DNA of 64,000 nt. Origin: Fistulifera solaris (taxonomy: Eukaryota). Below are positions 11,563-23,119 of this stretch, in pieces (position 1 is the stretch's first letter; the number at the start of each line of letters is the position of its first letter). Where the stretch lies: NCBI GenBank assembly GCA_030295235.1, contig AP026164.1, positions 372,001 to 436,000 on the forward strand, read 5' to 3'. Below the pieces are notes generated by a model that worked only from the letters and a program-made list of their open reading frames with translations, was not told the origin of the DNA and ran no database searches. Position numbers and translations under genes: made by a program.

Positions 11563-14034
11563 TTAAACAATGATTCGGACTCGTTTCTCGCCAGATCTAC
11601 GCCTGTCGTTCTTGTCATACTTCATACACTCTACGTAGAGGAGGGATTCATACGGATCAGCAATTTTTAGCCTCTTCGTCAACCAAGATTGAGAAAACTC
11701 GTTATTGAAGGACCGCTTTCGTTTACCTGAATTGTAGCAGTTTAGCGACAGTTCGCTAGGATCTAAACCTTCTTTTTTCATGGCATACACCACACGAAGT
11801 GCAATATCGGAACGACGTGCTCGCCCACACACGTACAACAAACCATTATACGCCGCAAACAAATTCTTGTCTCTAGCTCGGCGCTGTGAGTCTGAATTCT
11901 TTCCGCCGTGAGTACCATGAGATAGGCAAAATGAGCGAATTTCCCCTTTCCAAGCAGAGATAGCAGCGTCGATGTTATCGCCAAAGCATCGAAATATTGC
12001 ATTTATAAAGCGGCCGTCTGCTGTAATTCCTACCCTAGTGGCTTGACGAAAAAGTTCCACAGCAACGGACGCATCCGTTTTTCCATATTGGAGAGTTGAC
12101 GCCACCAAGCAAAACGTTTGGGAATCTGGCTTCGGCAGATAATAATTCTGTCTAGTCATCGCTTCGAGAAGCGACACCGCCGCCTCTTCGCATTTTGACC
12201 CTTCCAAAAGAATGAAGCTGTCTGATTTCCGTCGGTGCGTATCTATCAACGAATCAAGGTGACGTGCGGCAGCTGAATCATTCATGCTCAGTCTCATAGA
12301 ATTGTCAGCAGCTGCGGATTCAGCAAAAGCACCCATCAGAACATTAAGTGTTCTCACCGAAGCCATGCGCATGTGTCCGTAGAATTTAAAGCAAAACCAG
12401 CAAGCGCTGGATGGGTCGGAAAAGACTTCCAAAGGCTGAGATGGCGGCACGTGCGACAACTCCAGTGCAGGCAACTTGTTGGTTAGCGAATGCATCGTAA
12501 AGCAGCTTCGAGAGTTCCTCCGATGTCCTGCACAAACCCATCATTGTTGTTGTCGTATATGCATCGGCTTTTGTAGATGACTTTTGCATCAGTCTGAATA
12601 ACTCCCACGCTTCATTGACAACGTTGGTAAGGGTAAGGTCGTCTTTCTTTTGGTATCAGATGAAGCTGCAATTTTTCTCGCAACATGTAATTGCCAATGT
12701 TTCCTGTATCCTTCTAAAAGTATGTTGAAGTGGCGCGTTCTGGGTCTTACTATCCGCATTTCTCCCGCAATAGCTGCAACAACAGAAGACAATGATGGTG
12801 CCATGTACATTTCAAATATGGCCCGAGCCGAAGCTAGTTCACCGTCTTGAATAAGCGAGACGAGGAACGCAGCGAATGCATTTGACACGATGCTTTCTGA
12901 ATTCTGCGAGACGAAACGATCCAAGAGATCCTCGACTTCCCCTATTCTCCCCGCGCGGAGTAGAGGAGGGAGGATCAAATCTAGTGTGTATTGATCGGGT
13001 AGTAAGGTGGATTGTGTTGAGACTTGATTGTCCCATAGGAAAAGCGCGTCTCGATCAGATTGTTCAGACTTGGAAGCGCTGAGAATGGCACTTAGGCGGG
13101 CATTGTAAGCAAAAATGTCAGGTTGAATGTTTTGCTTCAACATCAGGGTCCATGTGGCATCGGCAATAGTTCGGTTCATGGACGCTGCCGCGTGCATTAC
13201 GGTTGAATAGGAAACAGCGTCCGGTATGATCCCAAGGCTTGTTCTGGCATGATCGTTCGCAAGCCAGAAAAAAGCTTCATTTAGTCGGACTTCTACTCGA
13301 CCGGCGGTGTCCCTTTCTCGATGCCAACGGGGCGTCTTCTTCTCGCACAAACCAGCGAGGAACATATTGAAGCTTGTCAAACTAACTGACTTTTGTCCGG
13401 AACTGCTAGCACTGTCTTTATTCGTAACAATCGTTCCAGATCTTGTTATAAACTCTTTGAATAGCTCAAGCTTCCCCGCACGACGCAGCGCTGCACTCAA
13501 TGCATCTTGCGCCTTTACACTAGGAAGGATATCCCAGTTCAAAAATCCAGTGACCGTATAATTCCACGCTAAATCTTCCAACCCCGAGAACGCAGCCCCC
13601 CGAATTACGCGTTCCAATATAGCCTGTTCGGATGGTGATGGAGCTACGTGAGCACTGACTAGGGGTAGAGCTTGTAGCTGCCGAATCGCTTCCATCGATT
13701 CGGCCTTCGTAGATGCTTGCGCCAATTGGAATAAAACATTCACCAGCGCGTGTCCTCTGTCATCATCAAATGAAGTCTTTCTGTAAGATAGAAGCCGTTC
13801 GATGGATTGCGCGATTCGCTTCAATTGAAAATTTCTTTTGGAATAATTACTTGCCGAAGTGGAAGGATGTGCCAGGAGACATGTCGCGCGGGCATCATGA
13901 TTGAACGAGCTGACTGAAGGACAACTCGGACGGGCACTCGGACGGGTAACCAGCCGAAACGAGAGCACCTGCAGCGAAATGTGACTAAGAAAGGATATCA
14001 ACCCAAAGGGGAGCACCCAGCGTCTCGCAAGCAT
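11563..14034 (-). CDS. Pentatricopeptide-repeat (PPR) protein, probably organelle-targeted (frameshifted near 12500-12630)
   Basis: PPR motifs GIIPDAVSYSTVMHAA, NIQPDIFAYNARL, KADAYTTTTMMGLC and GLDPSELSLNCY. N-terminal signal-like peptide ending QVLS-F. Confidence 0.8.
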
Positions 14035-14544
14035 CAATAATGGTCGTTGAGAAGTGCAAAACGGATTCGATCAGCTATTTCTTGCTTTACGGAAAGGGCA
14101 TGTCGAAAGCCGTCCAACGATCTTACACTATTCATAAACAGCTCGAACTGTGTGCGTTTTGGTTTTGTTTATAGGAATGGGCAACTTTGATCTTTTCTGC
14201 AACAAAGCAAATTTTATTTTCATCACTTGGGATAGCAGTAAGGATCGAGTTTTGCTACCAGGTACCGGTACCGGTACGGTACCCGCCCCGTGCACCTTGT
14301 AGTGGGAGATGTTTATTATTCGTCCGGACGAAGGACAGCGTCGTGTGTGACGTACTATGGTAAATCGACACAGTGGTACTCGTAATCTTTGTGAAATTGT
14401 AGGCCATTTCTTGACAATCACCTCACTTCCGAGCTTTTTCACACGTATTTCGGAGGTCTATTGATGTCAATCGCCAGTGCTCATTTGCACTCATCGCGCA
14501 GGGTTTTGGTAACTTTTTAGAGCTTGCTTCGAAGTCACTTCGAG

Positions 14545-15699
14545 ATGGCTTCCGAATCTGTGGGCCGAGGCGGATTGCCGTACCAATCATCAGATCCTGT
14601 AAGAAAGCATCATCTTTTATTCATCGTCTGTTTGAACATTAAACAAAAATTTCGTCTTTTATCGATGAACAGCCTCGTTGATACTTGTTCTCGATACTCA
14701 CACTTGATTCATTGCTTGTTGTACATGATCACCAGAATGCGAGTCACACGGTTGATTTAGATGACATTTTCAATGATATTTACTACATGGACTTCTTGAA
14801 TCCGGACGGCTCCGTGAAGCAAGATGCTCTGCCAGAACCGGAAATAACAACTAGTACCACTAACAAGTCGGTGGAGAAGAAACGGTCTGCAAAAGACGCT
14901 GATTTGGATAATAGTAATAATGACGAAGAGGATTCCAAGGAGCTCACGGAAGCGCAAAAGTTGGAGAGACGCGAGCGCAACCGAGAACATGCCAAGCGCA
15001 GTCGATTGCGCAAGAAATTTTTATTGGAGAGTCTTCAGGAACAAATTCACGAATTGGAAGAGCAGATTACAGGTCTCAAAGATGCTATCAAAACCGAGAT
15101 TCCGCATCGTGCGGACGCTATCATCAAAACTGTCTGTGGCGATAAGGAGAAATATACACCACTTCCGATGCCGAGTGGCTTTGGTCCAGTGAAGACTCTT
15201 ATGGAACCCGATTTCAGACTTAGTAAGTGTATCTCGTGATTTCATCAGTGACTCGAGTATATCATTTTCTCACGATCGACGTACATTGCTTATTTCTACA
15301 GTGTCGGCGTTGTCTGGTTCTCAGCAGAACTTTGCCATTTCGGATCCGACCTTGCCCGACAACCCCATCGTCTACGTCAGCCAAGGCTTCTTAGACCTCA
15401 CCGGATACACTCTTGACCAAGTCTTGGGAAGAAACTGTCGCTTTTTGCAAGGACCGGGAACCGATCAAAATGCCGTTCAGATCATCCGAAAGGGTGTCGA
15501 GGAAGGCGTCGATACTTCGGTTTGCTTGTTGAACTACAAGGCCGATGGTACACCCTTTTGGAATCAGTTCTTTGTGGCGGCTTTGCGAGATGCCGAAAAC
15601 AATGTAGTCAATTATGTGGGTGTACAATGTGAGGTATCCAAGGCTGTTGTCGAGAAGCAAATGGCCAAGCAGAATCGCAAGATTACTGAAGGTTCTTAG
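14545..15699 (+). CDS. AUREO1c: Aureochrome (bZIP-LOV blue-light transcription factor), 1c-like
   Basis: bZIP RRERNREHAKRSRLRKK...L..LQ and LOV domain with GRNCRFLQG. Introns 14599-14735 and 15223-15301 restore one frame (PDFRL-MSALSGSQQNFAISDP). This A'alpha/LOV sequence is what I recall for diatom AUREO1c. Confidence 0.93.
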
Positions 15700-16349
15700 A
15701 CCCAAGAATATCGTCGCTCACTTCTTTCATTGTGTAAGCACATGCCGCCTTAATTGAATCTATGGTTTCTTTGTTTTAGCAAGCTTCTTTGTCGTTAACA
15801 ATTGCTGTATCACGTACAGAAACAGCTACTTTAGGCCATGAGCAGACGCATATCCGTTTTTGCCTCGATTTTGAAAGCAGATTCTATACTCATTGTTGAA
15901 AGTTTAAATAGCCAAAATCATCTACAAATAGACACAGGACTCATGAAACCATAATACGCGATTGATGGCTTGGCACGAATTCTTCAACAACCAAGCTGAG
16001 AGGCGCCAGAAAAGTGAAATGAATGGGATCTGCAAGTTCCGGGACTGCAATCGATTTGAGTCACAATTTGCCACCTCTTCACTTCAATAACCTTTAACAG
16101 TACCGGTACCTGGTAAATGCAATAAAGTGTCGCACCTCGCAACGTGCACAGCCAGGACGTTCGGTTCACTTATGTCAGACGTCATCGCTTACTTTCGCAT
16201 GCTATACTCGTATCGACGGTTTCTGAGGTCAACCGATCTTTTTGGCATTTTTGCTTTTTGGGCATCACAACAGACGCAACGACATCTCTTTCATGTCAAG
16301 TTGGATGAAGACTTGTATTTTAATTCAAGTAAAGAGAAATAACAACGCT

Positions 16350-17942
16350 ATGAAGTTTCGCCCCCACGTGTCTCTTTTCTTGTTGCAGTCCTCCTTCTGG
16401 CGGCGGCAATTCCTGTCATCGAGTCAAAGAAGGTCTTTAACCCGACTTCTTTCGTTCCTCAAAACAGCTCGTCGAAGGTGATCAGCACTAAGCTCGAAAG
16501 ATCTAGCTTGTCTGATGTTTCTTCTCAGATTAAAACCGTTCGTGGAGGCGCCATAGATAGCAATTTAGTCAACTGCCTTGCTGGATCTGTCGTCTGCGGT
16601 GTGATTGAGCAAGCTGTCAAGAAAGGGTTGATGAAGGCGAACATCAGCTTTCCGTCATCACTCGGGGGCTGCATCTTTCTCTTCTTCTTTCTTGTTGTAG
16701 CAGATAGTATCAGTCCCTCTGCAGCAAATACGATGTACGAAGCTCTAGCTCCGGCCGCTGCATTCCTAGCGAAATGGATGGCACCGCTCTTTGTTCCAGG
16801 ACTTGTTATGCTTCCTTTGTCGCCCTCGGTCGGTGGAGGGATGGAAGTAAGTATAGTTTAAAACACGACTCCAAATATCTCACCTGTGCTGCAGTTCTTC
16901 TCAAAAATTTCTTTTTGCAATGAGTGCAGATCCTAAAAGTAATCGCGACTGTCGCAATCGGTTTCGTTTTTACTATCACGACGAGCGCCTTTTCTGTCTT
17001 GACAATTCGAAAAGCTCAAGGAACACTCATTACTACTTCTTCTGGTCCCAGTAAGGCCGTAGCATCTGGCCTTAAACCCAAACCATTTAATCAAGCCTCG
17101 TGGAGTTTCTTTTCGAAGGGCGCCCTGCTATCTGCCGTGGCGACCGTCTGGGCTTCCAAGACCAATAACTCGTTCGCCTCTCCTATTCAAACCCTGTTCC
17201 TGTCCTTGTTCACGGTAGCATCTTACATTTGGAGCGCCAATTTACCTGCGGGTTTTGTCAAAATTGTGCATCCTCTTGCCACAAGCGCGACACTAGTTCT
17301 GACTGTCATTCGAGCAGTAGCTGCTATCACCGGAAAAGAGTTTTTCGATGTCCTCCGCTCGTATAAAGTAGGATCACTCGATCCTATGAAAGCCGGTGCT
17401 GGTGATATCCTCATGTTCTTACTCGGGGCTCCCGTAGTCGGATTCGCGATTTCTGTTTACAGTAGGCGCCAACTCCTTTTAATAACCTTGTGGTTGTTCT
17501 AACATCCGTCCTTGTCGGCAGTGCAGGCAGTTTGTTTGCAACAGCTGGTTTTGTGCGATTGATATCATTGGGATCAGGGGCGGCTGCGAGACTTGTGCGA
17601 TTGTCTCTCTTAGCTAGAAATGTAACGACTGCTTTGGCCATAGCCCTCACGAACATGCTGGGCGGTGATATTTCTATTGCCGCTAGTGTCGTCTGTCTTA
17701 CAGGTATTCTAGGTGGAACGTACGGTCAAGCATTCATGGATGCGCTTGGTATCAAAGACCCCATTTGCCGCGGTATTGGTATGGGGTGCTCATCGCAGGG
17801 TCTTGGTGTAGCTGCTATTTCTGGCGAGCCGGATGCGTTCCCTTTCGCAGCAATTGCTATGGTATTGACTGCAATTACAGCAACAACGTTGGCATCTATT
17901 CCAGCTGTAAAGGAAGCTCTAATTCAAACAGCTTGCGGTTAG
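16350..17942 (+). CDS. LrgA/LrgB-family plastid glycolate/glycerate transporter (PLGG1-like)
   Basis: Multi-TM protein with FPSSLGGC, WMAPLFVPGLVMLP, RNVTTALAI and RGIGMGCSSQGLG (LrgB signature). Intron about 16847-16929. Frameshifts near 16375 and 17480. Confidence 0.8.
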
Positions 17943-18127
17943 GCTAGCTAACTTGGATCCTTGTGTGATTGTCGGCCCCAGTTGAAGGTGCTTTTCTCAA
18001 ACCGACTTATCAATAAAAGCTGTATAAATCACTTACCATTTATCATTTTGAAGCCACTTATACACCGAAAACGATTGCAGTTTGAGTTTTACAATAATTT
18101 ATCATAGAAAAGCTAGTTCGATTGGAA

Positions 18128-19258
18128 TTATCTCGGCGAGACGCATTCTAGCTTTGATCCCTGCTCAGCTATGTTCTGCCCCGCTTGTATGATATCATTC
18201 TTCAAAGCTATAAAATCGTTCGTAAGCGTCTCGAGTGAGTCATACCAAAGAAATGAATCCATTTTGAAATTGGGAAGATTAGATGTGCACGCGGTCTCCT
18301 CGTTTTCCGCAAGAGCTTCTGTGTCTGCAGTTTTCGTTTCGGTAAGTTTAACCTTATCATCATAGGCCGGGAATGGGTTCCATTGCTTCATTGCTTCCTC
18401 GATTCCCAATGCACTGCATAATTGATCACCAAATCCAAAATCACAGCCATAATCCTTGACCGTTGCTTCCACATTATTTTTCGAATATTCGAGTGCATTT
18501 GCGACCTGGTCGATTTGAGGTTGCTGCTCTTCCACAAGAGCTGCTAAGTTTTTGTAGATATCATTAGCTTGATGAATACTTTCGTTCATCCGCATCAATT
18601 CCTCTTCTCGTTCTCTCATTACCTTTTCATAGAAGTCTTCCTTCTCGTCGCTATTGTAGCTCCAACCCACTGCACCAAGGCGACTAATTTCCGCGGATTG
18701 CTTTTTCTCATAAAGAGACATGGCCATGAGAAGCGTCTTGTGACTTCTTTTAAAGTCACGATGCAGCTTCATACAGGCCGTTTGCTCGGTTCGCAATTCC
18801 TCTTCTCCCGTCGAACTCAAGCTGTTCTTCTTCATTAACAATGTCTTTTCGTAATTGTAGAGCTTTTCCCAAAGTTTATCGGTTTCTTGAGCCGAAATCA
18901 TGAGAATACGAACGCGCCACGCCGCTTCGGGTGTTTCCCCGCTACTATCCAAGAGTGCCGACAGTTCCGAAACGAGTTTTTGGTATTGTTGCGTTTCGGC
19001 AGTCAACTGAGAGTAATCTGACTTTCGTTGTAGACGTTTTCGGATTGCATCGCGCTGAATTTGCACTTGTTCAACATCGTACAGTTCTTCGTCACCCCCA
19101 TCATCTAATAACTGTTGCACTTTTCCATGCAACACAATCGATCTCGTTTTCTGGGTAAGACGAGGTGGCTCCTCGTCGTCGGGTTGCTGAACAACAATTC
19201 GTGGTATCGTTTGCTGTGCCTCCGTGGGTAGTGTTCCGCTTAAATCCTGAAACGACAT
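18128..19258 (-). CDS. Syntaxin-like (Qa t-SNARE domain) protein without C-terminal TM anchor
   Basis: Habc-like helices (KLHRDFKR) and SNARE motif EREEELMRMNESIHQANDIYKNLAALVEEQQPQIDQV. Confidence 0.7.
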   Translation of the reverse strand: MSFQDLSGTLPTEAQQTIPRIVVQQPDDEEPPRLTQKTRSIVLHGKVQQLLDDGGDEELYDVEQVQIQRDAIRKRLQRKSDYSQLTAETQQYQKLVSELSALLDSSGETPEAAWRVRILMISAQETDKLWEKLYNYEKTLLMKKNSLSSTGEEELRTEQTACMKLHRDFKRSHKTLLMAMSLYEKKQSAEISRLGAVGWSYNSDEKEDFYEKVMREREEELMRMNESIHQANDIYKNLAALVEEQQPQIDQVANALEYSKNNVEATVKDYGCDFGFGDQLCSALGIEEAMKQWNPFPAYDDKVKLTETKTADTEALAENEETACTSNLPNFKMDSFLWYDSLETLTNDFIALKNDIIQAGQNIAEQGSKLECVSPR

Positions 19259-20085
19259 GAGATCTTCTTTGTTTTATCTAAGGAAGGGAAGTGAATAACT
19301 AACAACACTACCATCAATGTATTTTTCGTCTCCTTTACAGAAGGAACTTACTACGTAATAAAAATGCACCTTTTTGCTTATTTTTTGTTATCCGCGCTTC
19401 ATGACTGAAATTAGGCGGTCGTGAAAAAGGTCGCCTACACTTGGGTATACAGTACGTAGCACACGATCCGCAACGCCGTAAGTACCAGGTATCGTGACGG
19501 GACAACAGTGGTAAAAGTAAAAGATTTTATATTGTTCGAAGTTTCAAAAGCTGATACATCTATTTCTCTTTTCATAAAGCTCGATCTTTGTAAAATTAAG
19601 TAGAACGAAAATAATGCAGCTAGCGTGCATAGACGACGACTCAGTTACAAGATAGGATTCATGATTGAAATGCGAGCCGTGGTAAAGTTAACTCCACACC
19701 CAACACCCCACATTATTTGAGTTCATTTGGTTCATGTGGAGGCTCTATCGAAATACGACGATGATGTAGACTGTAGACGAGAGGAAGATTATGAGCTCAA
19801 GAACCTTTTATCTACCTCCAGACGCCCCATACGTCTGTACGCCACTCGGTTATTTCGCTGTAGTGAGTATTAGTGCGCCCTCTAATATTTCTATTCGGAT
19901 GATGGTGATTGCGTATCGGTAAGGTTAGAGTTCATGCATCACTCGGTTACAGCGCTTCTCTGACTCATAGCACACCGATCATAACGCAAAATGATACACT
20001 TGCATTAAGGAAGCGTCACATTACTCAATCTTCAAAGGACTACTGAAGAAAGACAGCAACGAATAGCATCGTGTTTTTCAAGAGG

Positions 20086-21944
20086 ATGCGAAGAGAGCAT
20101 TCGACAATCTTATTTTACGTTTCGACTTTTCCCTATTTAGTAACGTTAGTCAAAATCTTTCTCTTCGGCTTTTCTTTCACTCCGGCAATACACGCCTTTC
20201 ATTCAGTCCCAAACCTGTCTTCTGCACGCTCTGTTTCTTCGTTTTCCCGAATAAAAATGATCATTAATCCCGACCCAGTACATCATATTCCGAAATCAGA
20301 ACTACCCGAGTGGTTCATTCCTTCGCGATCACGACTTCTAACCGATCCCAATTTGACTAGCAAAAGTAGTAATGCAAAAGATGGTTCGGTGGTTTACTGG
20401 ATGCAGAGAGATATGAGGGCCCGCGATAACTGGGCTCTGTGTTTAGCGTCTTATTTTGCTGCACAAAAGGGACTTCCATTGCGTGTGGTCTATGCATTCG
20501 CGCCTCCCCCAAAACGATTGGATCCGATGCCGTCATTGCAAGATCTGCCGATGACACGGCGTCACGGAAATTTCCTCTTGGGTGGTCTTGAATTAGTACA
20601 CAAAGAGCTTGAGGAAAAAAAGATACCTCTGCATTTTGTTATGGCCGAATCACACGAATCGGTGGGTGAAGAAGTTTGTCGATTGCTACTAGAGGAACTC
20701 CGTGCTTGTCTCGTTGTGAGTGACTTTTCACCCCTTCGTCAATTTCGAGAATGGATGGAACTACAGGCGACACCTTTATTGAATAACGCTGCAGTTCCAT
20801 TTTATCAAGTCGATACGCATAACATTGTTCCAGTTTGGACCGCGGCCCCGAACCGACAAGTGGGTGCTCGGACTCTACGACCCAAGATCAATAACGTTAT
20901 TAAGACGTACCTAAAAGAGTTTCCCGTGATGGCGGGAAATACTCAGGACGTGGAACTACCGAAATTTGAACGTGATGTCTATGAAGCATATTTGAAAATT
21001 GATGAAACGGTTAAAGATGTGGATTGGGCAATACCTGGGACCGATGCCGGTCTGCAACAATTTCGTAAATTCTGTCAGGTTGGTCTACCGAAATACAATG
21101 AACACCGTAACGATCCAGTACAGCCGCATATCTGTTCGAACTTGTCCGCCTGGATTAATCATGGTCATATTTCGTTCCAGCGATTGACGATGGATGTTTA
21201 CAAACTAAACAAGTATCCGACAGGCGTAGCAGGATTTGTGGAAGAAGGCGTTGTGCGACGGGAATTGTCCGATAACTATGTATACTATGAACCGAATCAC
21301 TACGATAGTTTGGACGCGGCTGCGGATTGGGCCAAAGAAAGCCTTCAGCTCCACACGGCCGACCCGCGCGAGCATCTCTACTCAACGGAAGAGCTCGAGC
21401 AAGGAAAGACACACGATGAACTTTGGAATGCGGCGCAGCTCCAGTTGGTGAGAGAAGGTGGCATGCATGGTTTCATGAGAATGTACTGGGCGAAAAAGAT
21501 TCTTGAATGGACTGAGTCACCGGAAATTGCTTTAAAAACGAGTCAATACTTCAATGACAGATATGCGCTTGACGGAAAAGATCCTAACGGATTCGTTGGA
21601 GTTGGCTGGAGTATCATGGGTATTCACGATCAAGGGTGGCAAGAAAGACCAGTTTTTGGAAAAATCAGATACATGAATTACAATGGATGCAAAAGAAAGT
21701 ACGTGGATACACCGAGACGTATCGTGTCTTGCATTTCAAAATCCCCACTCACTGTCTACGTTTCCGCGCAAATAGATTCTCGATTCCACAGTATGTCGCC
21801 CGATACGAAGGTGCTCTTCGAAACGCTGAAACCGTTCCTAGCGTAAAGGTCTTGGGGTCAAGCGCCAAGAGTTCAAAGGGAGCACCTAAGAAGCGTGTCA
21901 CGAACACCACATTGGACGTGTTTTTAAAGAAAAAGAAACATTAA
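20086..21944 (+). CDS. Class II CPD photolyase
   Basis: VVYWMQRDMRARDNWAL, GARTLRPKI, RRELSDN, MHGFMRMYWAKKILEW, DGKDPNGFVG and GKIRYMNY. Intron 21699-21775 joins KRK to FSIPQYVARY. Confidence 0.95.
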
Positions 21945-23119
21945 AACGGTTTTAATTGATTATCACAAGTTGATTGAAAGTCTAGTGTTATCTACTTTTA
22001 CCGAGTCTTTGAATACAATGGGACTGGTGACTAGGAGGAGGCGTGAAACCCCAAATCTTGGACCTTGATGTGCAAGTTAAATCTTACGAAAATCTGAATA
22101 GGACATAGGCAATCAATTGAAGTCCTTGCCGACTGCCGACCCGTCGACTACAGTCTCGTCTCGAGCTCTTCAAGGAAAGTGTTATCTATCCGTGACCTCT
22201 TATCATCTATACGTTTTCGTGAACGGAAAATGTGTATGTGCAGATCAGTGGGAACTAAAGCAAACTCATGGTCGCTAAAAGGTACCTGCAATAGATCACG
22301 TCAACCCACGAAAATGACAGAGTCATCGCGATCTTTTACCCAAGGCATCACACAGTCAACATTTCTTATCGGCAAAAAGTGGTGTGTCTGAATGTGGTTT
22401 AAGACGATTGAGGCTTGGCTCAAACCTCTTCTGTTCGTTGATTCGATCCGATTGTTATTTTCTTGGGTTTAAAAGTCGAAGACACCAATTTTCTGTCAAC
22501 TGAGAAATTTCGTTGGAGTTCTTCCGGCCCCCTAACCGGTAGGGCAGAGGCAGTGTAAGTACTGTAAGTAGACTTGACTTCGGACCGGTACTTCTCTAAC
22601 TCGATATGTCGGAGAGTGTATCGAAATGTCCCTCATGACGCACGGACATACTGGAACCTTTAGACTCGTGACTAAATTTTGAACCCTGACTCGCACTATT
22701 TGCTACTTCTACTTCTTGTCTCTTAGGACTTAGGATGGATGGAGGAGTAGTCATGTCACGTCGGTCGTCGGTCGCTTGTCGCGTCCGCTCGTACGTCTCG
22801 TCTTCAACAAGAGTGCAACGTGCAACATGTGGACGATTTTGGCGAAGCGGATACATTATTGTCAGACTGTTCAGTTCACTTCTGTATTTTGATGTTTCCG
22901 TTCAGTACAATCGACAATACTACATGTTCTTCGATGACCAAGAAAGTAACCCAAAAGACTTTTGAAAATTTGAAACGACAGATTCTGTGCAGGGCAAAAG
23001 TAGGCTTCCAACTTCGACGGCCTTTCGCCTTTTGTCGATACGAGTTTCCTCGCCTCTCTATCATCATGATCAAGTCGTTGCATCAGTGAAACATCTAAAG
23101 AGAAAGCGATAACATCACC

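Noticed and set aside
22179..23089. Cluster of short overlapping ORFs between the photolyase and the CBM6 gene
   Set aside because: All are under 90 aa with no recognisable motif or consistent strand. A small gene cannot be excluded but is unsupported.
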